Both the position numbers and the translations under genes were made by a program. The notes beneath the pieces were generated by a model. That model had not been told where the DNA came from. It was given only the letters and a program-made list of their open reading frames with translations, and did not search any database. From the human T2T-CHM13v2.0 reference genome, Homo sapiens, in assembly GCF_009914755.1 (NCBI RefSeq), contig NC_060928.1: a stretch of 64,000 bases of DNA. One strand, written 5' to 3'. Numbering within the stretch: the stretch's first letter is position 1; every line of letters begins with the position of its first letter. Below are positions 15,349-36,662 of this stretch, one piece after another.

Positions 15349-15580
15349 ATGTCACGTGGGTTATGAAGAAGTCTGAAGAACGCCTTCATTTCATGCAAAT
15401 CTATAAGCTCCTGCTTTTGGCTTTACCATATGTTGTGTCTAATCTCCTTCTGAGAAGGACGAAAAACTTTCTTCCAAGTGAAGATCCATTTAAGAACACA
15501 TGTATTTACATGCCTATAATATGCTGGTTGTGTATGCTTTGTCTTTTAAGTTATTAAAGGAACGTCTAAAAAATACATTC
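15349..15580 (+). other. ANKRD37: ANKRD37 last exon (A completing the TGA stop, then 3'UTR)
   Basis: Acceptor gtgtttttaaaaacag; first base A completes TG|A; ATTAAA at 15553-15558; 3' end approximate. Confidence 0.85.
15553..15558 (+). terminator. ANKRD37: Candidate ANKRD37 polyadenylation signal ATTAAA
   Basis: Common variant hexamer about 200 nt into last exon. Confidence 0.65.
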
Positions 15581-15669
15581 TCCGTGCAGTATTTACAACC
15601 TTTGAAAAAGGTCATAATTTAAATCGTCAAACTAGAACCAGGATTTAATGTGAAAAATTAAACTGATTC

Positions 15670-15675
15670 TTTATT
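15670..15675 (-). terminator. UFSP2: Candidate UFSP2 proximal polyadenylation signal AATAAA
   Basis: TTTATT on + strand, 48 nt past the UFSP2 stop. Confidence 0.65.
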
Positions 15676-15723
15676 CACAAATTTATAATACCACTCTACT
15701 GCAGTCTTTGACTCCAAGATATT

Positions 15724-15810
15724 TTAAATCATATTTGGTCGCTGAGGAAGACATAAGTTATAGTATGCATCCTTGTTCCAAAAATCTGGGCCCTTCCATC
15801 CGCACCAGCC
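15724..15810 (-). CDS. UFSP2: UFSP2 exon 12 ([28 protein letters not shown])
   Basis: Acceptor ttctctatccag; TAA at 15726-15724. Confidence 0.96.
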   Translation of the reverse strand, partial: GWCGWKGPDFWNKDAYYNLCLPQRPNMI

Positions 15811-17289
15811 CTGGATAGAGAAGACGGGAAAGGAAAGCCTTTTACAAAGTTACAAGATTATGTCATGGAAATCGTGACATCAGGCTCTGTCAGCAGGACC
15901 TTGGAATAAGACTCTAAATGGCTTTATCATTCAAGGATTTGAATTCCTACTAGCATAGAAAAGTAACGTATCTTACCCTTTAAGGTAGGTTTTTGAACTT
16001 TTAATTCTATGTATGTAATTCATCATAAAAATCATTAAAAAAAATTTACCTGTAACTGTTATTCCAGATACCACACTTTACTGATTCTGAGATGTATAGT
16101 TTTACCACTTGCAACTGATAGCATGTGACAATTGAACTAGCAATCTGTTTTTCTTAATAGTCCATAAAGGACTGTAAGAGACCATTCAGTGGCATCTTAG
16201 GATTGAAGTACTGTAGTGAGAAACCTCAGCTTGCCCCCTGCCTGGCACTCTGTGCCCTTTCATTTTCAAATTCCAGGTGTTACTCAATTCTACTTCCCAT
16301 GTTTCATGTCAGTATTAATCCTTTTTGCCAGCAGAGAAAATTACTTTCAAGCAAAATCTCATTTAGAGTATGAAAATTTCTCAGATTTCTCCTAGGGCCA
16401 CTGAGTTATTTTATTAAAGAAGAAAACTTAAAAGCCAATAACTGGTCTGTATTATATGATTCTTAAATGCTTTGAGAAATCCTTGCAAGGAGGCTGAGAC
16501 TCTGAAAATACCATGAAGTGAGTGACAAGCAGCGGTCTGACTCCCTCCTAATAAGATACACGTTGTCAAAAAACAAGATAAAAGTAAAAAATCCTCTACC
16601 AGTCCTAGGTAATCCCCCACTCTCCCTAGGTAACCAGCATTCTATTAATCATCTCATTTTTTCAGCAAAACTTTCTCTATTAATTTAATGTCCTAAAATC
16701 TGTTCTCTTAACAGACAGAGAAAAAAGGCTCATTCTGTTTTAACCTTTTTTTGATCCTTTTACACATGAAGGCCTTGTCCAGGTAACCAAATCCAGATTT
16801 TTTAAAGGAGAAATGGGTAGAGAGGGTGTCAGAATGGGATTGCATAGGGACATAGTGCATAGGACATGCTTCTTTCCTGTGAGATGACCAGCATGGGAAC
16901 TTCAAACAGGAAAGCACCACAAGAAGGCAAAGAGGTCAGGCAGAGATGGAACTCTCCTCTGGCCTCCTGGGTTCCTGGAGTCAAGTGAATCAATAGTTTT
17001 AATGGCAGGACCTTGGCTGCACAGTTTCTTGTGTATACAAATAGAGCAAGGAGGTTTCTGCTGTTGAAAAGTTCTATAGAAATAGAACTAGCAAAGATGG
17101 AGATTGCAATTCTCAGAGAAAGAAATCAGGGACAATCCCTTACTCTAATTGTTCAGAAACCTTACCTAGATAATGCCATGTAGTGCAGAGCCCCTTGAGT
17201 CAACCAGAAAAGAGAAATTTGATGATGAAAATAATTAAGGCTTCTCCCTGCCTTTAAGAAAAAATCGAAATGCCTGGTTCACAAAGACC

Positions 17290-17590
17290 ACCCTTTCTGA
17301 CTGAGCTTGGTGTGTCCTTCCAGCCTCACCTCTTCGCCTAGCTCTGGACGCACTGATCTACCTGCAGTGCGGCTTTCACTGTTTCTACAAGGCAGGGGCC
17401 ACCACAGCACCAGCCTCGTAGAAGCACCTGAGATACCATTTTTTTTTTCTCGAGAGTCCTTTTTGCACTCTCCTTCTCTGTCCTACCCTAAAGGTTTTAG
17501 CTCCCGAAAAACCTCGTGTAATACTAGTGCTTAGGACAGTGCCTGGCACTTGTTAGGTACTTTAATAAATACTGAATGGAATGAACACCT
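17290..17590 (+). mobile_element. L2 3' end fragment
   Basis: CAGTGCCTGGCAC...TAGGTACTTTAATAAATACTGAATGGAATGAA terminus. Confidence 0.6.
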
Positions 17591-17815
17591 TGCTACAGAA
17601 CAAGAATATTGCTACTATATTCAGTAAGATACATGCACCAGTCAAAAAACCTTTTATAGACTTCAAATTCCAAATGCTGTGAAAGAGAAAAGGAAAAAAA
17701 AACACTTAAAACTGTAACAACACATTTCTATCCTATTAGTGTTTATACCCTTATCATAAACAAAAGACTTTAGTAAACTGAGGATATAACAGAGTTGGAC
17801 TACACACATTAAAAA

Positions 17816-18117
<302 letters not shown>

Positions 18118-18753
18118 TAACATATTAAAACATTTTATCTTTAGTTTATAGTTTAAAAGGTGGTTATGTATTCTCTGCAATTTCAATGTATTTGGCAGCG
18201 AATATAAATGTTACTTAAAATTCAAGTTAATTATGTTTTACAATACTTTCTCCTAAAGACTTGGTACTGAGTTTTCATATGTGAGAATTAGTTGCCTATG
18301 AATTAACAAATTTTTACCTCCTTTATCTGCTATTGTAAGTAAGAATACTCTTAAATATGTATCAACTTCAAACCCTTTATAGAATGAGATTAGGTTATAT
18401 GTAAATGAATTAAAATTAGTCAAGCCTCCATAATGTCTAGCATACTGCTTAGCTATCTTTTGGTTAATTCTAAAATTTTAAAAGTTTATATATTCTGCTC
18501 ATCTATTTTAAGACATTGATAAACTTTGATACATTTGTTTATGAAAGCTCTAAAATCTCCAAAGGAATATATTTATGAGTGTGTGTCCTATTATTAATTT
18601 TAATAGCTGAGAAAGTTTCTATAAACCTAAATTTTGTCTTTTGCAATGTGCTTTGTTCTTGCACATTCCCTATACAGAGACGGCTACTTACAACAGCCTC
18701 AGAAGGCCTCCACACAGGGAGATCTCTGCCCTCAGCTTATTGTCTTTCTGTTA

Positions 18754-18996
<243 letters not shown>

Positions 18997-19030
18997 TCAA
19001 ATGCCTATTCAATTTAAAAAGACAGATTAC

Positions 19031-19322
19031 GGCCGGGCGTGGTGGCTCACACCTGTAATCCCAGCACTTTGGGAGGTGGGTGGATCACGAGGTCAGGAGA
19101 TGGAGACCATCCTGGCTAATGCAGTGAAACCCTGTCTCTACTAAAAAAATACAAAAAAAATAGCTGGGCTTGGTGGCAGGCGCCTGTAGTCCCAGCTCCT
19201 GCTGAGGCAGGAGAATGGCATGAACCTGGGAGACGGAGCTTGCACTGAGCCGAGATCATGCCACCGCACTCCAGCCTGGGCGACACAGCAAGACTCTCAA
19301 AAAAAAAAACAAAAAAAAACAA
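19031..19322 (+). mobile_element. Alu (AluY-like, small deletions), 80 nt from the UFSP2 exon 11 acceptor
   Basis: GGATCACGAGGTCAGGAGAT...GAATGGCATGAACC...GGAGCTTGCA. Confidence 0.92.
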
Positions 19323-19625
19323 CATTACTTTGCTTATTAACTGATCTAAAATAGCATTAAAATGGACTACCCTACACTATAAAAGACACAATGTCAGATA
19401 TACTCTGAAAGGATAAAATTACATCTTTAACACAAAAGATACAATCATATCTATAATCACATACAATTTATATTCTACATTCACATCCATATAATTACCT
19501 AAAATGGATTTAGAAAGGGCCATAAACTCCTCCCAACAGAGTAACAATCTGCTGTAGTGCCTCTCTCAGCAGATGGTCCTGCTGCCTCTGAGTACCTCCA
19601 GTGATATAGCACTCCATTCATTAAG

Positions 19626-20630
<1,005 letters not shown>

Positions 20631-21080
20631 TCTACCTCCATTTCTTACACACTAGTCTCACCTTGCCTTCTGTCATCACAGGACAGGTCTTGTTCTTCAA
20701 AGAATTAAGCATCTTTAGATCAGCTAATCCAATCTTCTTATTTTACAAATAAAATCCACAGAGGTAAGTAATTGCAAAATCTCACAAAGCCAGCCCAGTT
20801 ATGACAGAGTCATGACTTACGAAGCTCAGCTGAGTGACCGTTTCCTCTTTTTAATACTGTTCTCAGCTCTTTAAATGTTTGAACATAGCTACCATTTCTC
20901 AGCCTTTACTTCTTCTGGTTATTATAATCTTTTTTGTAACCTTTAAGCCACCTTAGAAATTTTTTTCAATATCCAGAGATCCATACATATGGTGTAAAAG
21001 TTAATTTCAAAATTTTTTAAATGACTGATTTTATGCAACATTAAATATTTATATCAATGATAAGTTTTGCATATTACTCA

Positions 21081-21266
<186 letters not shown>

Positions 21267-21893
21267 CTACTTTCTTGTTTTTTCGGGTGTTACTGAAAAA
21301 ATATATAAATGTAAAAAAATTAAGTGTTAGGGAACTGAGAGCAATTAAACTGTGCAATTTAAAGCAACATAAACTCAAAATACTTAAGGCCACCAAGTGT
21401 GCTAGATAAGACGCTAAAAGACCTTGATTTTCTGCTTCTTGAACTGTATAAAGGAGGCCTGGGTTTTTAACATGAAGTTAAAACATCACCTTGGTGCTCA
21501 GGGAGTTCTTATGGATGGATTAATCAGAAGAATGAGTGTTAAGTCCTGGGTTCTTGCCTTCTTGCTGGTAGACTTCTTAGTCTGTATTTCCTCATCTTTA
21601 AATTGGGACCCAAAACGCTGACCTGTCTACATAACAGAGGAGAGTCTAGGCCTAAAATACATGTCTGTGAAATCAATGTGAAAACTGCAAAATGTTTTCA
21701 AGTGCAACATACTATTTTTAGGGAATCTCAGAATTTTTACTTTTGAAAAGAGAAAGATAGATGGGATAATGAAGGGAGGTATTTTTTGGGGGAAGGTGCC
21801 CGGTGGTGCTAAACCTTAGCTCTTGCTTAATGAGGAACGTATGTTTTAATGTACCAAAACTGTAACTTTTAAAAAAAGTTCTTCACTACTTAA

Positions 21894-22731
<838 letters not shown>

Positions 22732-23267
22732 TAGTTATGGTCATAGAAAATAATTAATTTATATTTTCTCATTTTAATATTAGAATTATGGTTAAGATCA
22801 TTGGAAAAGACAAAATGAATACATTATTTGAACACATTACTAGATTATTAACGTTTTAGAAAGAAAAAGAGCAGGAGGTAAACAAAAAGGTCAGTCATAG
22901 TTCAACATTTGAGTTTTGCCTTTTAAGACTTTTTAAAAGATTGGAGCATAAAGAAACTGTTAATATAATTTTTATGACTTTACTCAACGTTAATATATTT
23001 TTAAGTTTTCCTCTTCTAGGCTAAAATTAGGCCTAAATAATACAAGTATACATTACATCACAAAGTTTATTCATAAAATCAGAGCCTTCCAAAAAAAAAT
23101 GAAAAAAAATTAAGATTAAAAAATGAGATTTATAAAGCAATGAGTAATAAGGAAGAAGGAAAAGGAATAAAAAGAAATAAGGGAAGATACCATTTTTTCT
23201 ATTATTTTAATTAAAATGACAGACTGTCACTTTGAAATGATTTATCTAATTTCTTAAAGTGTGCTTA

Positions 23268-23435
<168 letters not shown>

Positions 23436-23585
23436 CTATTAAAAACGATGTTTAGGGCATTTTCCCTGATTACCAGTACAAGAATTTTTTTTTCTTCAAA
23501 ACAGAAATAAGTCTGCACCATGAGGTAACAAAAATTATCAATGGTATATTAAGGGCTAATGAAACATACAGTTGATTATAATTTA

Positions 23586-23768
<183 letters not shown>

Positions 23769-23929
23769 CTATATACAGAGAAGAAACACAGTAAAATATT
23801 AACTTAGGATAGAAGTACATATTCTATATATGCTCCCGAATTATGTTTAATGTTCTTAGAGTTAGACTGTTACTTTAGTTCCTTATAAAAATGCCTTCAC
23901 AGATCTATGGTTTAACATTATACCTTCTT

Positions 23930-24495
23930 GGCTTTTTATTTGAGGTTCAAAGTCCTTACCACAGGGCCCAGCAGGACCTACCTTCTGGCCTCCTCTCCAA
24001 TTTCATCTCCTAAACTTTTCCCTATTGCTCCCTCTACTTTCGGTTCCCATATACCAGGGGCAATATGACCTTGGAGCCTCATGGTTCTCTTGGCCTGGAA
24101 CTCTCTTTTCCCAAATTAATTGTACAGCTTGCACTCTTACTTCACTCAGGTTTCCATTTAGATGTCAAAGGTCTTCCTTGACCATCCAGTCTACAAACGG
24201 CCCACTCATTCTCTCACTACCCCACCCCCTGCCTCACCTGTCATCTCTGTCCTCTTTATGTTTTTATTTTTCAAAGTATATCATGACTTGATATACTTTA
24301 AATGATACATTACTTATCATTTAAAAAATATCTGCCTACTTACACTAATATGTGAGCTCAGTGAGTACATACACTGTGTCTTATCCATTTTTGGGCCCAA
24401 GCTTCTACAACACGCCTGGCACACGGTTAATATAAATGCTGCTGAATAAATGCTGAATGAATGAAGGAAGGAATAAAGGAATGAACAAACAAATG
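23930..24495 (+). mobile_element. L2 3' fragment
   Basis: CTTCACTCAGGTTTCCATTTAGATGTCA...ACGCCTGGCACAC...TGAATGAATGAA. Confidence 0.65.
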
Positions 24496-24689
24496 AAGGG
24501 TCCATATCATGGGACACAGGAAGAATGTGTCTAAATTTATAAACCTGCTATGATTACAGCCCAAGTATGTTATTTGATGACGCTAAGTTAAGGGTCAAAA
24601 AATAAAGATAAATAAATTACTAATATCATATAAATTCTTACTTATAGTGCTAAGAATGTATATGTCTTTTTTTATTAAAGAACTGGGTT

Positions 24690-24822
24690 TTTGTTTTTAT
24701 TTTTTTGAGATTGGGTCACACTATGTTGCTCAGGTTGGTCTTGAACTTCTAGGCTCAAGTGATCCTCCTGCCTCAGCCTCCTGAGTAGCTGGGATTACAG
24801 TTGCACACCACCATGCCTGGCT
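24690..24822 (-). mobile_element. Alu monomer (FLAM/AluJ-like)
   Basis: Single reverse Alu arm. Confidence 0.8.
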
Positions 24823-24951
24823 CCAAACTGATGATATTTTTAAAAAATTAAGTGAGAGGAGATAGGGACAAGATAGAACCAACCCTCACCCAACAATTAG
24901 AGAATATATATTCTGCCCAAGCACAGATAGAAAAATTTATAACTTGACCAT

Positions 24952-25399
24952 TGTGACAGGCTGAAAAGTGGCTCCCAAAAGGTATGTATGTCCTAATCCC
25001 TGGAACTTGTGAATGCACCCTCTGTGCCAAAAAGTAAAAGAAAAAAGGAAAGCAAAGGTATTCATAGACGTGATTAAGGATCTTAAGATGGGGAGGTTAT
25101 CCTGGATCCTAGTGTGCCCTAAATGCAATCACATATATTCTTAAAAGAGAGGGGCATAGGAGGAGAAGGTAATGTGACTGAGGAGGCAGAGATCGGAATG
25201 ATGGGGCCACAAACCAAAGGATGCTGGCAGCCATCAGATTAAGGAATGGATTCTCCCCAAGAGCCTATGGAGGGAAGGTGGTCCTGCTGACATTGTGATG
25301 TCAGCCCAGTGATACTACTTTCAGAACTCCAGAACTGAGACAATACATTTTTGTAGTTTTAAGCCATCAAATATGTTATTATTTTTTAGGGAACAAATA

Positions 25400-25400
<1 letters not shown>
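24952..25400 (+). mobile_element. MLT1-type (ERVL-MaLR) solo LTR
   Basis: TGTGACAGGCTGAAAAGTGGCTCCCAAA...GTCCTAATCCCTGGAACTTGTGAATG...GAATGGATTCTCCCC...TTTTAAGCCA. Confidence 0.75.
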
Positions 25401-27530
<2,130 letters not shown>

Positions 27531-28356
27531 GACCTTGTAATACAGATATAATGAACCTATTTTATTGTCAAAAAGCAATCAGTACTCATTCAATACCTTC
27601 TGTGTGTCCAGGTTCTTCTAAGGAACTATTCTTTTTGTGAGGAACTTTCTATGGAAGCTGGTTGGCCCACAGCTTTTGCAGATGATCTGCTGCCCTGAGT
27701 ACACTCTAATGACCAAGACCACAAGTGGGCCCCTAACTCATCTAGGGTACGTACTGTATCGTATATGCATTTTTTTAATTCTTAAGATTTCCTCAAAAGT
27801 CCTGGACGCTCAGAAGGTATTAATAAATGCCACCATACGATAGCCAAGTTTTCTTTCTCTTGGGAATCTGAACTGAGAGGTGCAGAGTTAGCCAGGCAGC
27901 CAGGAGCAGGAAATGCAGTTGGAATGAGGCATACACTGGGCAGCTGAGGAAGAACAGGAAAAAGTGACACACAAGCTGAAACAGTGAGGATACAGAGGGT
28001 ATGAGGTGGAGCAGACAGAGTAAAAGTTAAGAACAGGCCAGTTAGGATCACAAGCATACACAGAAAGCAATAGCAATGCCACCAAGGTATCCACGGAGTC
28101 CTTGAGAGAGACTGAAGACACCTGCTAGTCACAGGGCTGCTGTTTCTAAGAGGCCCAGCTCTATTGGTATTCCTAATCTTGGATGCCTTATAAGGTCCTT
28201 TCTCACTGGCCTCCATGTATCCTTAAAGTAACCCTTCCACCACCCTCCGCCAATTCACTCTTATTTGAGCTACCTTTAGGGAGGATCTATCCCTGGCAAC
28301 CGGGTATATGTTACATAGAAAATAAGTCTAGTTCCTCATTAGACTTACCCTACAGT

Positions 28357-28738
<382 letters not shown>

Positions 28739-29019
28739 TTATCCTACAGTGTGGTTTGGGTAGACTATGCCCTTAATTAGCATGATTTCTCAGGTTCAGA
28801 ATGAAAAAAAATGGGACACGCCTTTAAAGAAATAAGAGAATTTTAGTAAGATAAATGTGGTATATCTACCTATTACTAACTTTTCTAGACCATTTTTAAT
28901 TACTGCTATCTTAAGCAATGTCTGTTAACAGAGATGGGTGATAAATCATGTTTTAGGAATGAATACATAATGAATCAAGTCTCCTACTGGGTACCAACAA
29001 AAAACAACTAATAACATTA

Positions 29020-29205
<186 letters not shown>

Positions 29206-30388
29206 CTAAAATAAATCAGAATCAACAGAAAAAGAAAAAATGTTGGTGATTTAGATTCCTAGTCAATAAATAAAGATGTTATTAAACATGGAAAATTATA
29301 TATAGGTTATAAAAGTTTCCAAACACTTATGGTTTAATTCACTAACATCAAAGATGGTGAAAACTGAACTAAAACCAAGTAAGATTTATTTTCGTTTACG
29401 TCTGTATCTGGGTAGAAACTGGAAGGGAACAGAGAAAAATGAATATAAATTGTTAGAGTAAGAGAACTAATTTTTAAATAATTATTTATTACAACATAGT
29501 CTGTTAAAATACATCCAGGCTAAAGACTGGTTTTGAAATAGCCTTGTAAATGAGTAAATTATAATTAACAATAATTATATCAAAGTATTTTGCAAAATTG
29601 TGTCGAGTGCCTTACAAATATTTTATATTGTAAGTGGTAGTGATTAAACTACAGAGTAGAAGTTAGTGGTCTAAAGCCAACCAATATGGCAGGAAAACAA
29701 ATACACATATATGTTTAAAATGTGTTATTTTCCCAACTATATAAAAACATGTAATAGGTACTTTAAAAAGTTTGACATGTTCTTTATCATATCTTGTACT
29801 CCAGTGGTTTTAAAAGATCAGCTCCTGTAGCTATTGCTTCTACAAACCAAGTCACCTCCACATACAGAGGGTCAGGGTATTCTCTCTCTCCCTAAGGACA
29901 GAAATTAGGAAGATGCTCCATGGTCTAATTTGATAGGTTCTAAGCGAGTCCACATATCAAAAAGATGCACTCCAAAACCAGTCATGAGTAAATCTCATTA
30001 CTTTGAATGCTGGTCATGTTTTCTCCAAAATTCCTCTAATAAAGCCCAAATAACCTTACTTGTGGAGTATTACCATAAATCCTATTCAGAATTAGCATAA
30101 GTTATCATTTTCCTTCCCTAACTGTAATCTTGTCTCTTTCACAAATCGGAAAGTTATAGAAATCTGTTAATACCAGCAACTTTAGGCATGTAAGCACCAT
30201 TTCTATATTTCATTATGGAAAAATATTAAAATTTCACAGAATATATGAACCACACCGAGCATTTAAAATTAAAATGTTACATATAGGTTCAACATAACAT
30301 TTTGTCATTAATACTACTTAAAGTTTCATGAGAACAGAAATTAAATAATGTGTAAAATGAATAGTCTAAATTCCACACTTTTAAGTTA

Positions 30389-30715
<327 letters not shown>

Positions 30716-31041
30716 TTATAGTGACTACAATAAAGAAAAGTACAGAGCTAATATATCCTTAATATAGTAAAAAACTTGATTGGACCAGGTTTGCTAAAGG
30801 AAGTCTGAATTATACATTATAAAAGAAACTGTGTATTTGCTCTTTGTGGATAAAGGGAAATCCTCCAGGTTTTAGCATGCTACCCTACTTCCTCCAAATA
30901 ACCATTTAATTAATAGATGGCTCTTAGGTTAATAATAAACAAGGAGAAAATCACACCTTAGGTATACCTACAGGATATACAAACATGGGTTTGGGGAAGG
31001 GCCCTCATTCAAATGTGGCAGTGGTACTATAAAAATACTTA

Positions 31042-31200
<159 letters not shown>

Positions 31201-31307
31201 CTATATAGATAAACAGTAATAGTCAACTTGTAGTGCATTAAACACTAAATATAAAGAGTAAGTAAAAAGACTTTTCAAAAATGTATTTATTATTAAGAAA
31301 AAAATTT

Positions 31308-31419
31308 AAGACTAGCCAAGTACAGTAGTGAAAAGGGGGAAAGAGTAGAGAACAAGGAGTTCAATCTGTAACTGGCTGTGAATGATCAACTGAGATAACT
31401 CACTACCCTCAGACCAGCC
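31308..31419 (-). pseudogene. Y1 RNA (RNY1-like) retropseudogene in UFSP2 intron 4
   Basis: Minus strand reads GGCTGGTCTGAGGGTAGTGAGTTATCTCAGTTGATCATTCACAGCCAGTTACAGATTGAACTCCTTGTTCTCTACTCTTTCCCCCTTTTCACTACTGTACTTGGCTAGTCTT, closely matching hY1; 15-bp imperfect TSD at 31261-31275 and 31420-31434. Confidence 0.93.
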
Positions 31420-33092
31420 AGTAGAAGGACTTTTAAAGGACAGAATATAAAGCTGTACTACAGTAAAAAGATTAAAAGCACAAATATTATTTTAAAAAGA
31501 AATTATTTTCTGCTTCAAAATAACATGGGGAGAGGGATTAAGAAGTAAAGATGAAATCAGACTGGCCATGAATAAACGTTAAAGCCACGCATAGGTTCAC
31601 TGGGGTTCGTTACATGATTCTCTCCACTTTTGTACTGATTTAAAATGTTTAGAAAATCAAATTAACATAAAATAACCACACACCAAAGGAACTTTTAAAC
31701 ATATAACTATATACCACTGGTCTAATACATAAATAACTATAATCAAATACTGAACTCTACTTTGTAGGTTTGATTTTTACAGGGGTATGAACAATTGTGA
31801 AATTTACACTAAACTTATTTCGCAAAATACTGAGGATCCTGGGAGTCAGACTTCTCACTGGGAAAAGGTCAAGCACTCTAGGGTTGAAGTGGAACTGGAG
31901 GTATCAATGTGATTTACACAGATAAAAATGAACGTTATGTGTGTGTGTGGATAGTATAAAAGTATAAAAGTGTGTGCCCATGGAAAAATGACTGATTCTC
32001 CAGCTAGAACAGAGAAAGCACATGTTGCACCTGGAACATCTGATGGGTAGGAAGTGCCCAAAATTACAATGTTAGAAAGGCACTGGAGCCAGCTTGAAGA
32101 AACTTCTATTGGCCAAATCTTGGAAAATGTGAGCATCAAAATAACTAATGATAGTACCAGATTATAAACCACTGCATAAAATAAGCATCTATGGCAGATA
32201 ATACAAAAGGAAATGACAGATTTAGAAAAATCACCACTTTGTAATCACCAGATTAATATTGGATTCTGGCAGAAATTATCAATGGATGCTAAAAGTGGTG
32301 GGTCAAAATCTGATGAGGACTAAAGTAAGATACATATGTAGTTTCTTCCCACAAGATACTAATTATAAGGGAAAAAATAGTACCTTTACCATGGAGAAAA
32401 CTGGTGGATACCATCTTAAGTAAGTGAAGTTAACCTCACCAATAATAGCAACAGACTGATAACTGTCTCTTTCATACCATGTGCTGAGGACACAACATCA
32501 CTTCTGTGGTATTCCTGCCAATAGTGCATGACCTAACTCTAATAACAAGGAAGCATAAAACAAATCCAAAAGGAGGGACAGTCTTAAAAAGAACTCACCT
32601 GTACCCCTCAAAATGTCAAGCTCCAATTACTGGTAATTTTCAAATCATTGTATCCAGCCCACAATTATTTTATGCATTCTACATCTGTAAATCTAACAGC
32701 TCATCTGTACATCTTACTGAGGTCTTAAACATGGCCCAAACCAACTTCATGTCCTCCTCACCTTCCATCTTTACCCACACAAGAAACTGATCTTGCCAGT
32801 TAGTTTCCAAGCAGAATCCATTGTATCCCTAAATATCTCTTGTATGCAATCCCTCTTCTCTATTTCCATAGCTAGTGGTTTAGTTAGGCCTCTTCTAAAG
32901 AGGCCCACGCCCACCTCTCCAGCCTTATGTCCACCCATTCTTCCTCTACCAGCCTGGAAACACTGTCGTCACATTAACTTCATACAACTTCGTGCCTTGA
33001 AGACGCATCTCCATTTTCTATCTTCAATATCTGTTAAAGTTTGTGGCACATGGCAGGTACTCAGTAATATCAGTTCAAAAATCAACAGAACC

Positions 33093-33450
<358 letters not shown>

Positions 33451-33701
33451 TTACTATTTGTCTTATGTGGCACAATGTGTCACTTTGTCATGATTCAGAA
33501 TGCGATTTAATTTAAGTAATTTATAAATGTATTTAGGCTGTTTTATTTTTGTGGGAGCAAAGAAAGCATTATAAAAAAACCCTTTTGAGATTATGTATTA
33601 TAATCAGACAAAAACTTAGATAAGTAAGACAAACATATAACTTTTGGCAAGTCATTTAATCTTTTTGGACATCAATATTCTGACCTATGATAAGAGGGTT
33701 A

Positions 33702-33857
<156 letters not shown>

Positions 33858-33927
33858 TTAATACACAGACATTTATAATATGAAATGATGTTTTGAAAAC
33901 ATTTCTAGAAATCTTCAAACATACTCA

Positions 33928-34206
<279 letters not shown>

Positions 34207-34259
34207 TCAATACCTATTCCCCATATTCAATAATAATTTCAAAATTTTTTGCCTATCTT

Positions 34260-35400
<1,141 letters not shown>

Positions 35401-36662
35401 ATAATGTATTACTTATAGCAATAAAACTATTGAGTGAAATTTAAACCTCTTAGTTCTTTTTCTCTTTGGACTATATCCCACTAGGCCTATATAATCAAAG
35501 CTCTGTGTTCTAAAGTCACGGTTGGTTTTTTTTCCTCTGTATGGTTATGTCACCAACATATTTGCTTTAGTTTGTTTTTGTTTTCAAGGATTTCCTTTTA
35601 ATAGACTTTTTAAAAAATATGTTTGAATATTCAAAAAATTAGAGTATTTTAATATTTTTGAATATTTGACACATTCAATTTGGAAACATTTTTACGTTTC
35701 CAAAGTCAAAACAATATAAGAAGATATAGTCAAAGAAGACAATCTTTCAATACTCATCTTAGCCTTACATTCCTAAATCCTAAGCCTATTTAACCTTGTA
35801 AATATTTATTCAATGACCTGATTCTGCTGAAAGAGTATTTAAAAAATAAATAAATAAACAACGACCATACTGGTATCTTGATAAATAAATACTTTGGAGC
35901 TATTGTAGAGATTACTCATAACAAATCAGATATTAAAATATTTTGATATGTTTCAGAAAGCAGAATTTAAAGATTTTCAGTTGCACTACAAAAGACAAAC
36001 ATAATTCTTAAATTAGCTTCTGTTTATCCCTAAAGGACTATTTGGTAAAGTTACCTAAAAAAAACTGTGAAGCCTTTAAAGTTAAGCATGTCCATTCTCT
36101 ATATTTTCTGATTAATGAGAAGCCCTTTGTTGAGTGTTGACAGAGTTTGATAAAGGAGAAGGAATACAATCAAGTCAGAAGACAAGTTCAAATATATTAA
36201 TTACTAGGTAAAAAGTATCTGTAGTCCTTGTTTACATTTGATTATTGGATTATCTACTGATTAATGGATTAATTCTACTTTGGAATAAGATTATAGTAAA
36301 GTATGTTTTCAGTTTATATCAAGTTGTGAAATGTAAGGTTTTATCCATAAAGTAACATTTTAGGAACAGCTACACTCTACTAATAACATAGGCCTGAAAA
36401 TGAGTGATTTAGTCCTAGTAAAATGGTTCTCATCTTAATGGCACATTAGAATTACCTAGAAAGCTGACTGATGCCTGGGTCTCTGTCCCAGAAATGTAGT
36501 TTAATGTAGTCTGGTGGCAGGGATTCAAATGTGGACCAAAACTGAGAACAATTTATTAGTTGAAGGGATGGGTGGAAAAGAATATTCTGCACCCTCTCCC
36601 TCCCTTCCACGGGGCTAGTAAAGGATGGCCAGCTGCAATCTCCTTCAAGGAATGCTGGTATC

